IMG/VR virus record: IMGVR_UViG_3300045911_000567
Location: 1 to 64,000 of that record
Source of the DNA: a virus
DNA: 64,000 nucleotides
Reading direction: 5' to 3' (one strand)
The notes beneath the pieces were generated by a model. The model did not search any database. It had not been told where the DNA came from and was given only the letters and a program-made list of their open reading frames with translations. Shown here piece after piece: positions 1 to 8,872 of this stretch (position 1 is its first letter; every line of letters starts with the position of its first letter). The translations under genes were made by a program, and so were the position numbers.

Positions 1-249
1 GATCTCTCTCATGCGAATCTGTCTTATACTGTTCTGAGTCGTGCAGATCTGTCTCAGGCTAATCTGTTTTGTGTCACTCTAACTGGCGCAAGACTTCGCT
101 ATGCAAACCTGTCTTGCGCGAATCTGGCTGACGCAGATTTGTCAAAAGTCGATCTTTCTGGCGCTGATCTGACCGATGCCGATTTTTCTCGCACGATTTT
201 GTCTGGAGCTAAAATTATCAACCACAACTTAGAACTGGAACTTGCATGA
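1..249 (+). CDS. Pentapeptide-repeat protein (5'-truncated at window edge)
   Basis: Frame 1 is open from base 1: DLSHANLSYTVLSRADLSQANL...ADLTDADFSRTILSGAKIINHNLELELA*. A(D/N)Lxx repeats; not in the ORF track. Confidence 0.85.
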   Translation, partial: DLSHANLSYTVLSRADLSQANLFCVTLTGARLRYANLSCANLADADLSKVDLSGADLTDADFSRTILSGAKIINHNLELELA

Positions 250-608
250 AAATTGTCATCAAAGATAGAACTGGAAAAAATCTCTTCGAAACAGAAGCAG
301 ACAGCGTTAAAGCTGCTGTCGAGCAAGCTGTTAGGCAAAAGGTTTCTTTGGCTGGGGCAGATCTGTCTGGAGCGTATCTGGTTGCAGTCCAATTGGCTGG
401 CGCAGATCTGTCTGGAGCGAATCTATACGCAGCAAATCTTTTGCGAGCTTGTCTGGTTGGAGCAGATCTGTCCGGAGCGTATCTGGTTGCAGTCCAATTG
501 GCTGGCGCAGATCTGACCGGAACAAATCTGACTGAAACAGTTCTAGCCAGAACAATCTTCACCGGAGCTAGAATCGTAGACGGCGATTTAGAACTTGAAC
601 TGGCATGA
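246..608 (+). CDS. Pentapeptide-repeat protein
   Basis: ADLSGAYL/ANLYAANL repeats; ATGA overlap with the upstream paralog; ends LELELA*. Confidence 0.9.
   Translation: MKIVIKDRTGKNLFETEADSVKAAVEQAVRQKVSLAGADLSGAYLVAVQLAGADLSGANLYAANLLRACLVGADLSGAYLVAVQLAGADLTGTNLTETVLARTIFTGARIVDGDLELELA
357..515 (+). repeat. 54-bp near-perfect direct repeat (357-410 and 462-515) inside the pentapeptide gene
   Basis: gcagatctgtc(t/c)ggagcgtatctggttgcagtccaattggctggcgcagatctg occurs twice with 1 mismatch and a 105-bp period. Confidence 0.9.
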
Positions 609-762
609 AAAGAGCAAAATTTCTAAAGTTTTGCAAATCTCGCACAACTATTTTGTGAATCCTTGTCCTGATAACGCAACCTTATAATAGCAATAACTAC
701 ATTGCTTTTTTGATTGTCTGTTTTTCTTGTGTGAATCTTTTTCGATCTGAACTGATGCTATC

Positions 763-1191
763 TTATCTTGCATACAATTTCTTGGATGTTGCTCTTTCGT
801 ACTTGATTATGGCTTCTGGTGTTACTTCCAATTCGTGTGAATATAGCTGTCTGTCTACTACGACAAAAGCAGTTTTGTTCTTTGTTGTGATCTCGAAGAC
901 TTCATAGGTTTTCAGCAAGTTTTCCAATTTGGAGAAAAACTGAAAATCTTCCGATTTTAAATAATCTTCCAAGGCTTTCAATTCTTGCTCTGCATTTCTA
1001 AGATTGATTCTGAGATCGAGATAGTAGCAAGAACCTCTCACCTCAAACTCAGGCGGTCTTCTATGAGAGGTACTTTTTCGAAAAGAGAACTGAAGTTTAT
1101 TGTCCGGCAGCGGATGCACCGCAGTCACATTATACTTATCCAGCAAGGCTTTGAAATCGTCAACAAAGTTATCGGTAAATTTCTTGGTCAT
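763..1191 (-). CDS. Hypothetical protein
   Basis: 142-aa ORF coupled to its upstream neighbour. Confidence 0.7.
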   Translation of the reverse strand: MTKKFTDNFVDDFKALLDKYNVTAVHPLPDNKLQFSFRKSTSHRRPPEFEVRGSCYYLDLRINLRNAEQELKALEDYLKSEDFQFFSKLENLLKTYEVFEITTKNKTAFVVVDRQLYSHELEVTPEAIIKYERATSKKLYAR

Positions 1192-1466
1192 GGTGTTTCC
1201 TTTTTTTCGAAGAGTAAGAATAGAACAGGCTTGTTATCTGACGTTGACATATTGAACATCGTCTTGAAATTATACCCTCTTTCGGCAAAAAAATCAATCA
1301 GATTGTTTCTGAATTTCGAAAATATCGGCAAAAATGTCATTTTGTTCGAGATGTGCAAAATGCACTTATCGTCGTCGAGTTTGAAATTAATCATCTGCTC
1401 TGGATATTTCTGAGCAACCTCTTCTAGTTCGACGAAAATGGCGCTGGTTTCTTTCTTCATTTGCAA
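1188..1466 (-). CDS. Hypothetical protein
   Basis: ORF in a tightly packed minus-strand run; probable start at 1460. Confidence 0.65.
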   Translation of the reverse strand: MQMKKETSAIFVELEEVAQKYPEQMINFKLDDDKCILHISNKMTFLPIFSKFRNNLIDFFAERGYNFKTMFNMSTSDNKPVLFLLFEKKETP

Positions 1467-1600
1467 TTGAACCAGAGAGTGAAGAAAACCGCGAAAAAAA
1501 TCACACCATAAAGAGGCGAATCGAGCGCGATCAGAAAAGATCCAGAGACGACCAAGAACAATTGAAACCAGATCAGAAAAGTGATGAATAACTGTATCAT
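1457..1600 (-). CDS. Small membrane protein (47 aa)
   Basis: Read manually: MIQLFITFLIWFQLFLVVSGSFLIALDSPLYGVIFFAVFFTLWFNCK*; fills the gap with an ATGA overlap. Confidence 0.55.
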   Translation of the reverse strand: MIQLFITFLIWFQLFLVVSGSFLIALDSPLYGVIFFAVFFTLWFNCK

Positions 1601-1603
1601 CTT

Positions 1604-1870
1604 CTATCTATCCGGTTTTCTGATATAGATTTCTGTAAATGTAGGATGATTCGTGATAACGGCATATATTTGGTATTTTTCTTTCAGGTATTCTTCGATT
1701 CGTGCGACTAGTGCAGAATGTGTATCTGATTTTACAATGGGAACACGAATTACATAGCTATTTTCGGAGAATTTTTCCATGAATTTTATGCTGTTTATGG
1801 TCCAGATAGGATATTTTTGATCCATATGTTTGCGATAGCTCACGAGATCGTTTTCGAGTGTATCTTTCAT
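1604..1870 (-). CDS. Hypothetical protein
   Basis: 88-aa ORF with GAGG upstream. Confidence 0.65.
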   Translation of the reverse strand: MKDTLENDLVSYRKHMDQKYPIWTINSIKFMEKFSENSYVIRVPIVKSDTHSALVARIEEYLKEKYQIYAVITNHPTFTEIYIRKPDR

Positions 1871-2056
1871 TTTAAGCCTCTCTGATGAAAATTTCGAAAT
1901 AATAACAACTCCACTGAATAATTCTTAGCCATATATTCGGCATAGGATTCGCAATCTTCTTCTATTTTCAAAGATTTGATTTTATTCATATTCACTCGAT
2001 AGTAAGTTTCACCAATTTTCAATAAAAATCTTCTTTAAATTCTATTGCTATGTCGT

Positions 2057-2401
2057 TCACGGCTCCCTTTTTTTACAATATATGAAATAATTTTTACCTT
2101 CGTATTGTGCAAATTTCAGAGAAATAAATTTTCTCATATGTCTGCGTAGTCTTTTGATTTGCGAGTCAGACAAATTCGGTTCTATGAAAACAAGATTCAG
2201 AGAATGAAAATCTGGATGAGAGAACAATTGCATCCACTCTCCCTCTACCGTGGGCTTGCCGTTCTTCAGATGAAACTTGTATTGCTCCATCGTTTCTGTA
2301 GTTTTTTTATAGAGATAAATTGCAACATGTATCGCAAGCGAGGATTGCTCAGAACTTAGTTCCTGCAATTCTTTGCCAAGCCTAGAAATTGAATATTCCA
2401 T
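2057..2401 (-). CDS. Hypothetical protein
   Basis: 114-aa ORF in operon context. Confidence 0.65.
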   Translation of the reverse strand: MEYSISRLGKELQELSSEQSSLAIHVAIYLYKKTTETMEQYKFHLKNGKPTVEGEWMQLFSHPDFHSLNLVFIEPNLSDSQIKRLRRHMRKFISLKFAQYEGKNYFIYCKKREP

Positions 2402-2557
2402 TCAGAATAAAAAAGCATGAAAAACGAAAGATAGAACAAACAATATACCCAACAAAACCATCGTAGCATAGATGAACAAGCCTATTGATAGAATAGTCTT
2501 GGTCAATAACCAAAGAGCTTTGAACGGCAACAATAAAATGGATTCTAAAAAATTCAT
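2402..2557 (-). CDS. Small membrane protein (51 aa)
   Basis: Read manually: MNFLESILLLPFKALWLLTKTILSIGLFIYATMVLLG...; G-rich SD and a promoter upstream. Confidence 0.55.
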   Translation of the reverse strand: MNFLESILLLPFKALWLLTKTILSIGLFIYATMVLLGILFVLSFVFHAFLF

Positions 2558-2580
2558 ATCAAATAACCCCCATTACCTAT

Positions 2581-2610
2581 ATTATACCAAACTTACAATA
2601 GGATTGACAA
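2581..2610 (-). promoter_or_regulatory. Sigma70-like early promoter
   Basis: TTGTCA-N18-TATAAT with extended -10 TG, in an intergenic gap. Confidence 0.65.
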
Positions 2611-2636
2611 AGGCTTTTTTTATTTAATCAAATCAA

Positions 2637-2954
2637 CTACTTAGAAAGCAAAATTTTGTTGATCGTGAGTGGTAAGTGTGACGATATGGCCTCTTTTGCT
2701 TTCTTGAGTAGTGTTTCTCCGGTAGGAGATTCCAAGAATTGCTTGAACTCGCTTGGACTATATCCATCATCTAGTCTATTCATACTAAAAACTATCAACA
2801 ACATATCGAGAGCCATCATTTCGACGCGGCTCTCGAAGGAGGGAATTTCGCTCTCGTCGAACGAATCGGTTTCTGTGATAGGAGAAAACGATTTCTTAAT
2901 TCCTAGTATTTTTTGATCGTATTGGTAAACTATTTCTTGGGTAGATCTTTTCAT
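2637..2954 (-). CDS. Hypothetical protein
   Basis: 105-aa ORF with ATGA coupling. Confidence 0.65.
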   Translation of the reverse strand: MKRSTQEIVYQYDQKILGIKKSFSPITETDSFDESEIPSFESRVEMMALDMLLIVFSMNRLDDGYSPSEFKQFLESPTGETLLKKAKEAISSHLPLTINKILLSK

Positions 2955-3541
2955 AATATAGACTCAAAATATGGCTTCAATTGTTCCGGTGTTTCGGGCA
3001 ATGGAAATAATGAAATTACTAAAACATCACAATAAGAAACCGAACCGAGCTTAGTGTGGTAGCCTTTATTTTCCAGGTCATTAATGATATTATTCAACTC
3101 TTTTTTCATTTCTGGATGAATCAAGAAAACAGAGTCAATTCTGACGGCGGTATAATTTCCTTCGAGGCGCTGCATTACTGACATGCCACTTATAATCATC
3201 TTTATCAAATCTTTCAGATTGTCTGCAAAAACATCTTTTGATTGACTTAATATTTCTGTCACCGAAGGAATACTGTTTTTCAATTCTTGCGGATCCAGTG
3301 ACGGCGGACAAGCAACTTCGATAGTATCTACAAATGAAAATTTTGTCTTTATTTCCTTTGATATGGTGTTTTTTTGTTCATTGTTTAGCTGGTCTTTGAA
3401 TTTTAGTGTTAGTTTTACATAAGGCTCACTGGAATAATTGAAATAATTAAAATTAATATCAGCAGAAATCAGAAGACCTGTGTTAATTAATTCGCCAATT
3501 TCTTTTTGTAGCTCGCCTATTTCTTCGTATGATGTTTTCAT
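2951..3541 (-). CDS. Hypothetical protein (C-terminal domain resembles 3873-4574)
   Basis: 196-aa ORF; IPSV...LENKGY...LVISL. Confidence 0.7.
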   Translation of the reverse strand: MKTSYEEIGELQKEIGELINTGLLISADINFNYFNYSSEPYVKLTLKFKDQLNNEQKNTISKEIKTKFSFVDTIEVACPPSLDPQELKNSIPSVTEILSQSKDVFADNLKDLIKMIISGMSVMQRLEGNYTAVRIDSVFLIHPEMKKELNNIINDLENKGYHTKLGSVSYCDVLVISLFPLPETPEQLKPYFESIL

Positions 3542-3543
3542 GT

Positions 3544-3894
3544 TTATGATATTAATTCATCGAGAATATGAACATTGAATTCTATCTTTCGTGTGACCTT
3601 GCCTAAGACTAAGGCTTTTTCTTTTTCGAGAGGCACAACAACTTTTGAATATGTATTTTTGCATAATGTATGCAATTTCATATATAAAATATGAAATGTA
3701 TCAAACTTAAGTGGCTTTGTCAAGACAGTAATATGAAATAACCTACATTTCCATTTTTGTCCTGCATCGAAGGTTAAGATACATTGGTCATTCACTAAAG
3801 ATCTTCTTACCGACTCTATTAAATCATCGGCAAAACAATCTGATAATTCTTTGAGAAATTTTTTACCACAAATTATATTCTGATCAGATGCCAT
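3544..3894 (-). CDS. Hypothetical protein
   Basis: 116-aa ORF. Confidence 0.65.
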   Translation of the reverse strand: MASDQNIICGKKFLKELSDCFADDLIESVRRSLVNDQCILTFDAGQKWKCRLFHITVLTKPLKFDTFHILYMKLHTLCKNTYSKVVVPLEKEKALVLGKVTRKIEFNVHILDELIS

Positions 3895-4574
3895 AAAGCT
3901 GAAATTAAAATGAAAGCTATCATTATGTAATGCAGAAGAGAGAGTTTTATTTGTTTTATTCCGGGCTTATCTAGTGAAATGTGTAATGTTTTATTGTTCA
4001 GATGATCGGTTCCCCAATGATAAAAATATCCTTTCTCTCTCAGTTCTTCTAAGAGTGGTAAAATGTCTTTTTTAGAGAGAAAATTTAGCCATTTGTGAGA
4101 AATGGAAATATGGTTATTATACAAAAGATCATTCAATGATGATCTTATTTGTCTCCTCAGTTCGTCCAATTTTATTTTGGAATTGTCCTCTTTGGCTTTT
4201 TTTATCTTATCGACTGATGGAAAATCGTTGTCGATTAACGCACACAATAAAATTCTATCTGTTTTTTCTATTTCTTCTTGCACAAAGGTTATGTGATGAT
4301 AATCAGTTTCCAGCATAGATTTTAGTTTCTCGATTTTTGCCCAGAGAGTGGCACTATATGGAACTGTTATCTGATAAATTTTGATTACATCATTTTTGAT
4401 TTTATCGAACTGTGGCGTGCAGATAGGACTGCTTGCACCAGGAACATCCGGCTGATAAAAATAATCATAATAATTGATGATGGCGCCATCATTTTTTGCC
4501 TCTTCGAGAGATTCTAAGAAAAGAGAATCTTCCAGTCGATAATTTTTATTATCGAATTTATCAAAAAGTGACAT
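3873..4574 (-). CDS. Hypothetical protein with C-terminal TM helix
   Basis: 233 aa; FPSV...LREKGY...LHISL; hydrophobic C-terminus. Confidence 0.7.
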   Translation of the reverse strand: MSLFDKFDNKNYRLEDSLFLESLEEAKNDGAIINYYDYFYQPDVPGASSPICTPQFDKIKNDVIKIYQITVPYSATLWAKIEKLKSMLETDYHHITFVQEEIEKTDRILLCALIDNDFPSVDKIKKAKEDNSKIKLDELRRQIRSSLNDLLYNNHISISHKWLNFLSKKDILPLLEELREKGYFYHWGTDHLNNKTLHISLDKPGIKQIKLSLLHYIMIAFILISALWHLIRI

Positions 4575-4888
4575 TACAATAAATTTTTGGATCTCACATA
4601 TAGAGTGACTTGAGTCAAGCCCGAACCATTGGTCTTAGTCTTACTTGCATACCTGAGGCTGAGAGTCTCGAACTTACTCAATTCCGCTTTAACCTTATCG
4701 ACGAATTTCTGTGCATTAGCTTCTGGAATGCTTCTCGTGACGATCTTAATGCCTTTTCTTGCGTCGTGAATTTCCCCAACTTCTACCTGAACCTCCTCTA
4801 CTGAGACATATTGGCCTGCTTGTAGTGCTTGATTGGCTGCATGTAAGTACGAATAGTATTCTCTTTCTTCTTTTGATTTCTGTTCCAT
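4574..4888 (-). CDS. Hypothetical protein
   Basis: 104-aa ORF, coupled to neighbours. Confidence 0.7.
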   Translation of the reverse strand: MEQKSKEEREYYSYLHAANQALQAGQYVSVEEVQVEVGEIHDARKGIKIVTRSIPEANAQKFVDKVKAELSKFETLSLRYASKTKTNGSGLTQVTLYVRSKNLL

Positions 4889-5181
4889 CAGACGTCTCCA
4901 TTTTCTATAGATTTTATCACTTCATATGGTGTAATAGCAGTCCTATAAAATTCCTGCTTACAACATTCTAGCATACCTATGATTGCATTATAGTCTTCGT
5001 AGCGCAAATTATTTCCTGTTGCCTTTCTGTATGTATCTTTGATTAGCTTGGTCAGAATGAAATTTAAATTTCCTGGAATTTCATTTTTCGGCGATTGTGA
5101 TACGCTATCAGATAATTGATTCACTGAGTCGAGAAAGGGTTCTCTATTTTCTTTTCTTATATACGGCATCATCGTCTCCAT
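4888..5181 (-). CDS. Conserved phage protein (DUF6899-like)
   Basis: MPYI..GNLNF..RYEDYNAIIGMLECCKQEFYR..PYE..K..NGDV pattern. Confidence 0.7.
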   Translation of the reverse strand: METMMPYIRKENREPFLDSVNQLSDSVSQSPKNEIPGNLNFILTKLIKDTYRKATGNNLRYEDYNAIIGMLECCKQEFYRTAITPYEVIKSIENGDV

Positions 5182-5836
5182 AATTATCTTTCAATGCTTC
5201 ACAGATATAATCGGCAATCGTCTTTTTTGCAGAATAGATATTTTTACTAGGCAGTCCTAGTCTATCCAACATCATTCTGGAATAATAAGTTGCCGATTCT
5301 TTGCCAGCAAAATCAACCGACTCAAACGTAAAGCTGCGGTGATTTTTCATTTTGGTGTAGTAATCGCCGATAGCGTTAGCTTTCCATTTGCCTATTACAA
5401 CTTCTACACCCAGTCCTGGATACCTTCCAGAGGCGGTTCCTAACAATACTGCGGTGTCACTATTATAAGATTTAAACAAGACTGAATCTTGATCATATTT
5501 TTTCCCTGCTTTGAATAGAAAATCTTTCAGTTTACCTGTTGATTCTGGATTGGCAGCAATCAAAAACGATTTTTCAGCAACAGGCCTCTTGTTTCCTTTT
5601 CCGTCATCCTCGATATAGTATCCAGCTACAGGAACAAATCCAAATCCTGCTGACCGAATGTCATTCGCGAGTGCTTTAGTATTAAATTCGTTGCGCCTCT
5701 TTGCTTCTTCTGCTGTCTCGGTATCTTTCTTTCCTCTCGAAGCAGAAATCATTCCTATACTCTTTTCTTGAGTATATTGGTACATCCTTGCCAGATTTAT
5801 TTCATTCAGTAAATGTTTTTTAAATTTCTTGAGCAT
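5144..5836 (-). CDS. Conserved T4-like protein with capsid-targeting-like N-terminus
   Basis: MLKKFKKHLLNE; GMISASRG..GFGF..GYYIE..EKSF..KYDQDSVL; ATAAATA late motif at 5870-5876. Confidence 0.7.
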   Translation of the reverse strand: MLKKFKKHLLNEINLARMYQYTQEKSIGMISASRGKKDTETAEEAKRRNEFNTKALANDIRSAGFGFVPVAGYYIEDDGKGNKRPVAEKSFLIAANPESTGKLKDFLFKAGKKYDQDSVLFKSYNSDTAVLLGTASGRYPGLGVEVVIGKWKANAIGDYYTKMKNHRSFTFESVDFAGKESATYYSRMMLDRLGLPSKNIYSAKKTIADYICEALKDNYGDDDAVYKKRK

Positions 5837-6212
5837 AATCAATTAAATTGAGAAAATTTTCGTCTTTATTATTTATTTGTTCTGGATGAACTATGATTAC
5901 ACTCAAACCCAACTTCCGGGCGTGTTCAATCTCTGCTTGAACACCAACAGATTCTTCCCATCCGTCTAGTGCAAGAACAATCAAACCGTCCATTCTCTCT
6001 ATAAAAGTCTCATCGAACGATTTCCAAAATTCCCAATCGCCCCTAATACCCAATTCAACCCATGAGCCGTTATATGCGATAGGAGAAAATACGAAAATTC
6101 CCATATTGAGCAATTTAATGCTATATTCTATGGCTTTATTTGTTCTTTCAATTTCGATATTTCGGTCTTTTGACGAAAAGGGACTAGCCAAATAATATAT
6201 CTTATGTTTCAT
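5820..6212 (-). CDS. DUF1937 / nucleoside 2-deoxyribosyltransferase-like protein
   Basis: YLASPFS, VFSPI, LDGWEESVGVQAEI motifs. Confidence 0.75.
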   Translation of the reverse strand: MKHKIYYLASPFSSKDRNIEIERTNKAIEYSIKLLNMGIFVFSPIAYNGSWVELGIRGDWEFWKSFDETFIERMDGLIVLALDGWEESVGVQAEIEHARKLGLSVIIVHPEQINNKDENFLNLIDYAQEI

Positions 6213-6421
6213 ATAGTTTTTAATAACATGCCAACAATCATTATCCCTATGATTATATAAAATATAGCACAGAAAAAACTAATATAAAAATATATTTTAT
6301 AATTATTGGTGGATGTCTCGTGCCAGCCGTCTCGCATCATTTTGGATAAAAGTGCGAAGTGAGCTTCAAATCCAAAAACCATCAGAATAAGTATAGTTAT
6401 ACCGAAAAGTTTCGCAAACAC
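6209..6421 (-). CDS. Two-TM membrane protein
   Basis: Two hydrophobic segments in 70 aa. Confidence 0.6.
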   Translation of the reverse strand: MFAKLFGITILILMVFGFEAHFALLSKMMRDGWHETSTNNYKIYFYISFFCAIFYIIIGIMIVGMLLKTI

Positions 6422-6588
6422 TATTTGTCCAATTTACTAAGTAATGCTAAAGTTTTCTCGTCTAGGTCTTCTTCCATTGCAGTCAATTCATCGATCCATG
6501 ATTGTTCTTGCAATGTTTCTTTGATTTCTTTTTTATGCTTTTTCTTCCTCAGATGAATATCCGAGGGCTTAATCTTTTCTTTATTCAT
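6421..6588 (-). CDS. Small hypothetical protein (55 aa)
   Basis: Read manually: MNKEKIKPSDIHLRKKKHKKEIKETLQEQSWIDEL...; fills the gap. Confidence 0.55.
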   Translation of the reverse strand: MNKEKIKPSDIHLRKKKHKKEIKETLQEQSWIDELTAMEEDLDEKTLALLSKLDK

Positions 6589-6925
6589 GTTCCGGTAACA
6601 GCTCTATTTTCTCCTTTTGTTGCAATGTGTCTTCTAGTGCAATAATTCTGTCTCCCATTTGCATTATGACATCTCGCATTATCTCTACTTGTTTATATAT
6701 TTCTGGTTTGGTAACAAGTATATGAGGTATTATTTCTATTTGAAGTTCCTCGGGTATTACTAAAACATTCACCCCAATATCTTTTCCCCATTCTTTTGCT
6801 TGACTGGATAATATAGCAACCTCTTGTGAATTCAATTTAGCTGGATATCTGAAAACAACACATCCAGCTTCTTGGATCTTTAACAGATCCACTCCACACG
6901 ATTTCATCACTTCTTCAAATCTCAT
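6581..6925 (-). CDS. Hypothetical protein
   Basis: 114-aa ORF. Confidence 0.65.
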   Translation of the reverse strand: MRFEEVMKSCGVDLLKIQEAGCVVFRYPAKLNSQEVAILSSQAKEWGKDIGVNVLVIPEELQIEIIPHILVTKPEIYKQVEIMRDVIMQMGDRIIALEDTLQQKEKIELLPEHE

Positions 6926-6926
6926 A

Positions 6927-8354
6927 TTACTTTATATTTTTATATTCTTCAACCGGATCTCTATGTTCTATATTACTAAAGAATGTATCTTTAATCAACT
7001 CTAAATTCATTTTATATGACGTGGGCTTAATTTCATGAGATACGCCGAGGACGAGATATTTTCCCTGAAAATATGCACTTAATTCTTCTGGATTTTCCTT
7101 ACTGGTTTTACCGAGCATTTCGGGCATCAGGAAATTTATCACATCTCCTGCCCTTATTCGCGGATCTCCAGACATTGTGACCTTGACTGAATTTTTTAAA
7201 ATTTGCGCTTTTTGCGAATCGCGAGCCAGTTTTACTTCTTCTAAAAAAGTGGGAAAAATTTCTTCATCTGCTGAGAAATTGGCATTGGTGTTTTGTTCGC
7301 TATTAGTTATAATAAGTTTTTGAATTGCCTGTTTAGCACCGGCATATCTACTATTTTCCGTGAATGGCTTTGACCGATCAATGTGAACTTGTTTATCGAA
7401 ATTATCCTTCAGGCTATATTCTGTCTTTTTATATTTTTTTCTCAGCGGATCTATAGTAATTAATGTTCCTCCTCCTTCGCCACTCTGAATCGAGGCAAGA
7501 ACATCAAAAGGCGACTCATTATGAAAATAATCTATATTATAGATATCTTTTTCTATTTGCTTGTCGCGAGGTCCTTGACCAGACCCATCATCAAAAGAAT
7601 TTTTTACATCAAAACGTATATCAATTTTCGGAGATCTTTGAAATAATTTACTGACGGTGGTGAAGTAATATCTGTCGGTATCTTCATAATAACAGAAAAA
7701 CGAACCATTAGGAATTCCATTGGTGCTCTCTGCACTCAGTGCTCGATGTGCAATTTTCTTGATTGCCGTTATTGGCCTTTCGTTCTGAATCAGATAATTC
7801 ATCTGATGCATTGTTTTTTCAACTTCAATCGGCTTATGTGTAATATATTGATTGTGAATTTCTTCAACAATGTCAGAGTATAGTTTTCCTTTGTATGCCG
7901 AAAATACTCTCTGTGTCGTGTTTTTGAACGCACCTTCCGAGATGTAGTTGAGAGTGTAAATTTGACGTTTTCTTGATCCCTGATCTTGATTTCTTCCGGT
8001 CATTGCATAGATCCACATCTCAAAATCTAATGAGGGCAATAACCGTCCTGCTTCGCCGGCTCGTGCGGTTTCGTCTTGTCTCGTAAACGATGCTCTTATC
8101 TTTTCTTCGCCTATGAGCGGCAGCAATGAATAATAATCTACCGCATCAACAACGGTGATCGATCCGTGAGGAAGGGTGAAAATCGACTCTTCGTATGTGA
8201 CCTTAGCAAAATGACCCAAGAAACTATATGTTTGTCCATTATATGCAATTATGTCGAGATAATTCAAGACATAATCATATTCTCCGCGAATTTCTTCTCC
8301 AGGAGTACCACGAGTGCTTCCAGTAAAAGATTGCTTTGAGTCAAATGCTACCAT
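6927..8354 (-). CDS. gp27: Baseplate hub protein (gp27-like)
   Basis: ESIF..GSITVVD..LPLIGEEK and GDPRIRAGDVI..GKYLV..VSH motifs; next to gp53/gp48. Confidence 0.75.
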   Translation of the reverse strand: MVAFDSKQSFTGSTRGTPGEEIRGEYDYVLNYLDIIAYNGQTYSFLGHFAKVTYEESIFTLPHGSITVVDAVDYYSLLPLIGEEKIRASFTRQDETARAGEAGRLLPSLDFEMWIYAMTGRNQDQGSRKRQIYTLNYISEGAFKNTTQRVFSAYKGKLYSDIVEEIHNQYITHKPIEVEKTMHQMNYLIQNERPITAIKKIAHRALSAESTNGIPNGSFFCYYEDTDRYYFTTVSKLFQRSPKIDIRFDVKNSFDDGSGQGPRDKQIEKDIYNIDYFHNESPFDVLASIQSGEGGGTLITIDPLRKKYKKTEYSLKDNFDKQVHIDRSKPFTENSRYAGAKQAIQKLIITNSEQNTNANFSADEEIFPTFLEEVKLARDSQKAQILKNSVKVTMSGDPRIRAGDVINFLMPEMLGKTSKENPEELSAYFQGKYLVLGVSHEIKPTSYKMNLELIKDTFFSNIEHRDPVEEYKNIK

Positions 8355-8356
8355 GA

Positions 8357-8872
8357 TTAGCGAAAGAGGTTTTTAAATTCGTTTGAAATTTGTCTTAGGT
8401 AAAAAGCATCAACAATAACGATATTTCTTTTGGCCTCATTTAAATTAAATTCGTGCTCATATACACTAACAGCTCTTTTTCTGGATGCGGGAATACTATT
8501 GTCCAAAAATGTAGTTTCATCTATTACATATGTATCATCTAAAAGGTAATGATGCGGTTTCTCGCTCAGGCTTTTAGTTTTACTAACACTGCCGTACTTA
8601 CTCATCAGATAAAAATAAAACTCGTCTGTTTTTTTAGGCCAGTCATGTACTGGATGAAAAATATTATTTGCGTAATATATTATCCATGTGTAGTCTGGAT
8701 TTCCATAATATTTGGTGGCTATTACGTCGGCTCGATCTCCATCTGCTATAGTGTATTGATAATAGAGAGCATTTTGACTCTTGACATAATCTCTTACCTT
8801 TCCTCTGACGAGAAGATTAACTGCATGATTATCAGAATATTCTATTCTAGGAAAATATTTGAAGTGTATCAT
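8357..8872 (-). CDS. gp53: Baseplate wedge subunit
   Basis: YTIADGDRADVIATKYYGNPDYTWII..NNI..P..DWP (LysM-like) and EHE..LNEAKRNI. Confidence 0.9.
   Translation of the reverse strand: MIHFKYFPRIEYSDNHAVNLLVRGKVRDYVKSQNALYYQYTIADGDRADVIATKYYGNPDYTWIIYYANNIFHPVHDWPKKTDEFYFYLMSKYGSVSKTKSLSEKPHHYLLDDTYVIDETTFLDNSIPASRKRAVSVYEHEFNLNEAKRNIVIVDAFYLRQISNEFKNLFR

Noticed and set aside
357-515. DGR template/variable repeat pair or CRISPR array
   Set aside because: Only two in-frame copies with one T/C difference; no adenine-specific variation, no spacers, and no reverse transcriptase or cas gene in the window.
99-562. Minus-strand ORFs with RSAP repeats (99-392, 218-562, 331-555)
   Set aside because: They are antisense shadows of the pentapeptide-repeat genes.
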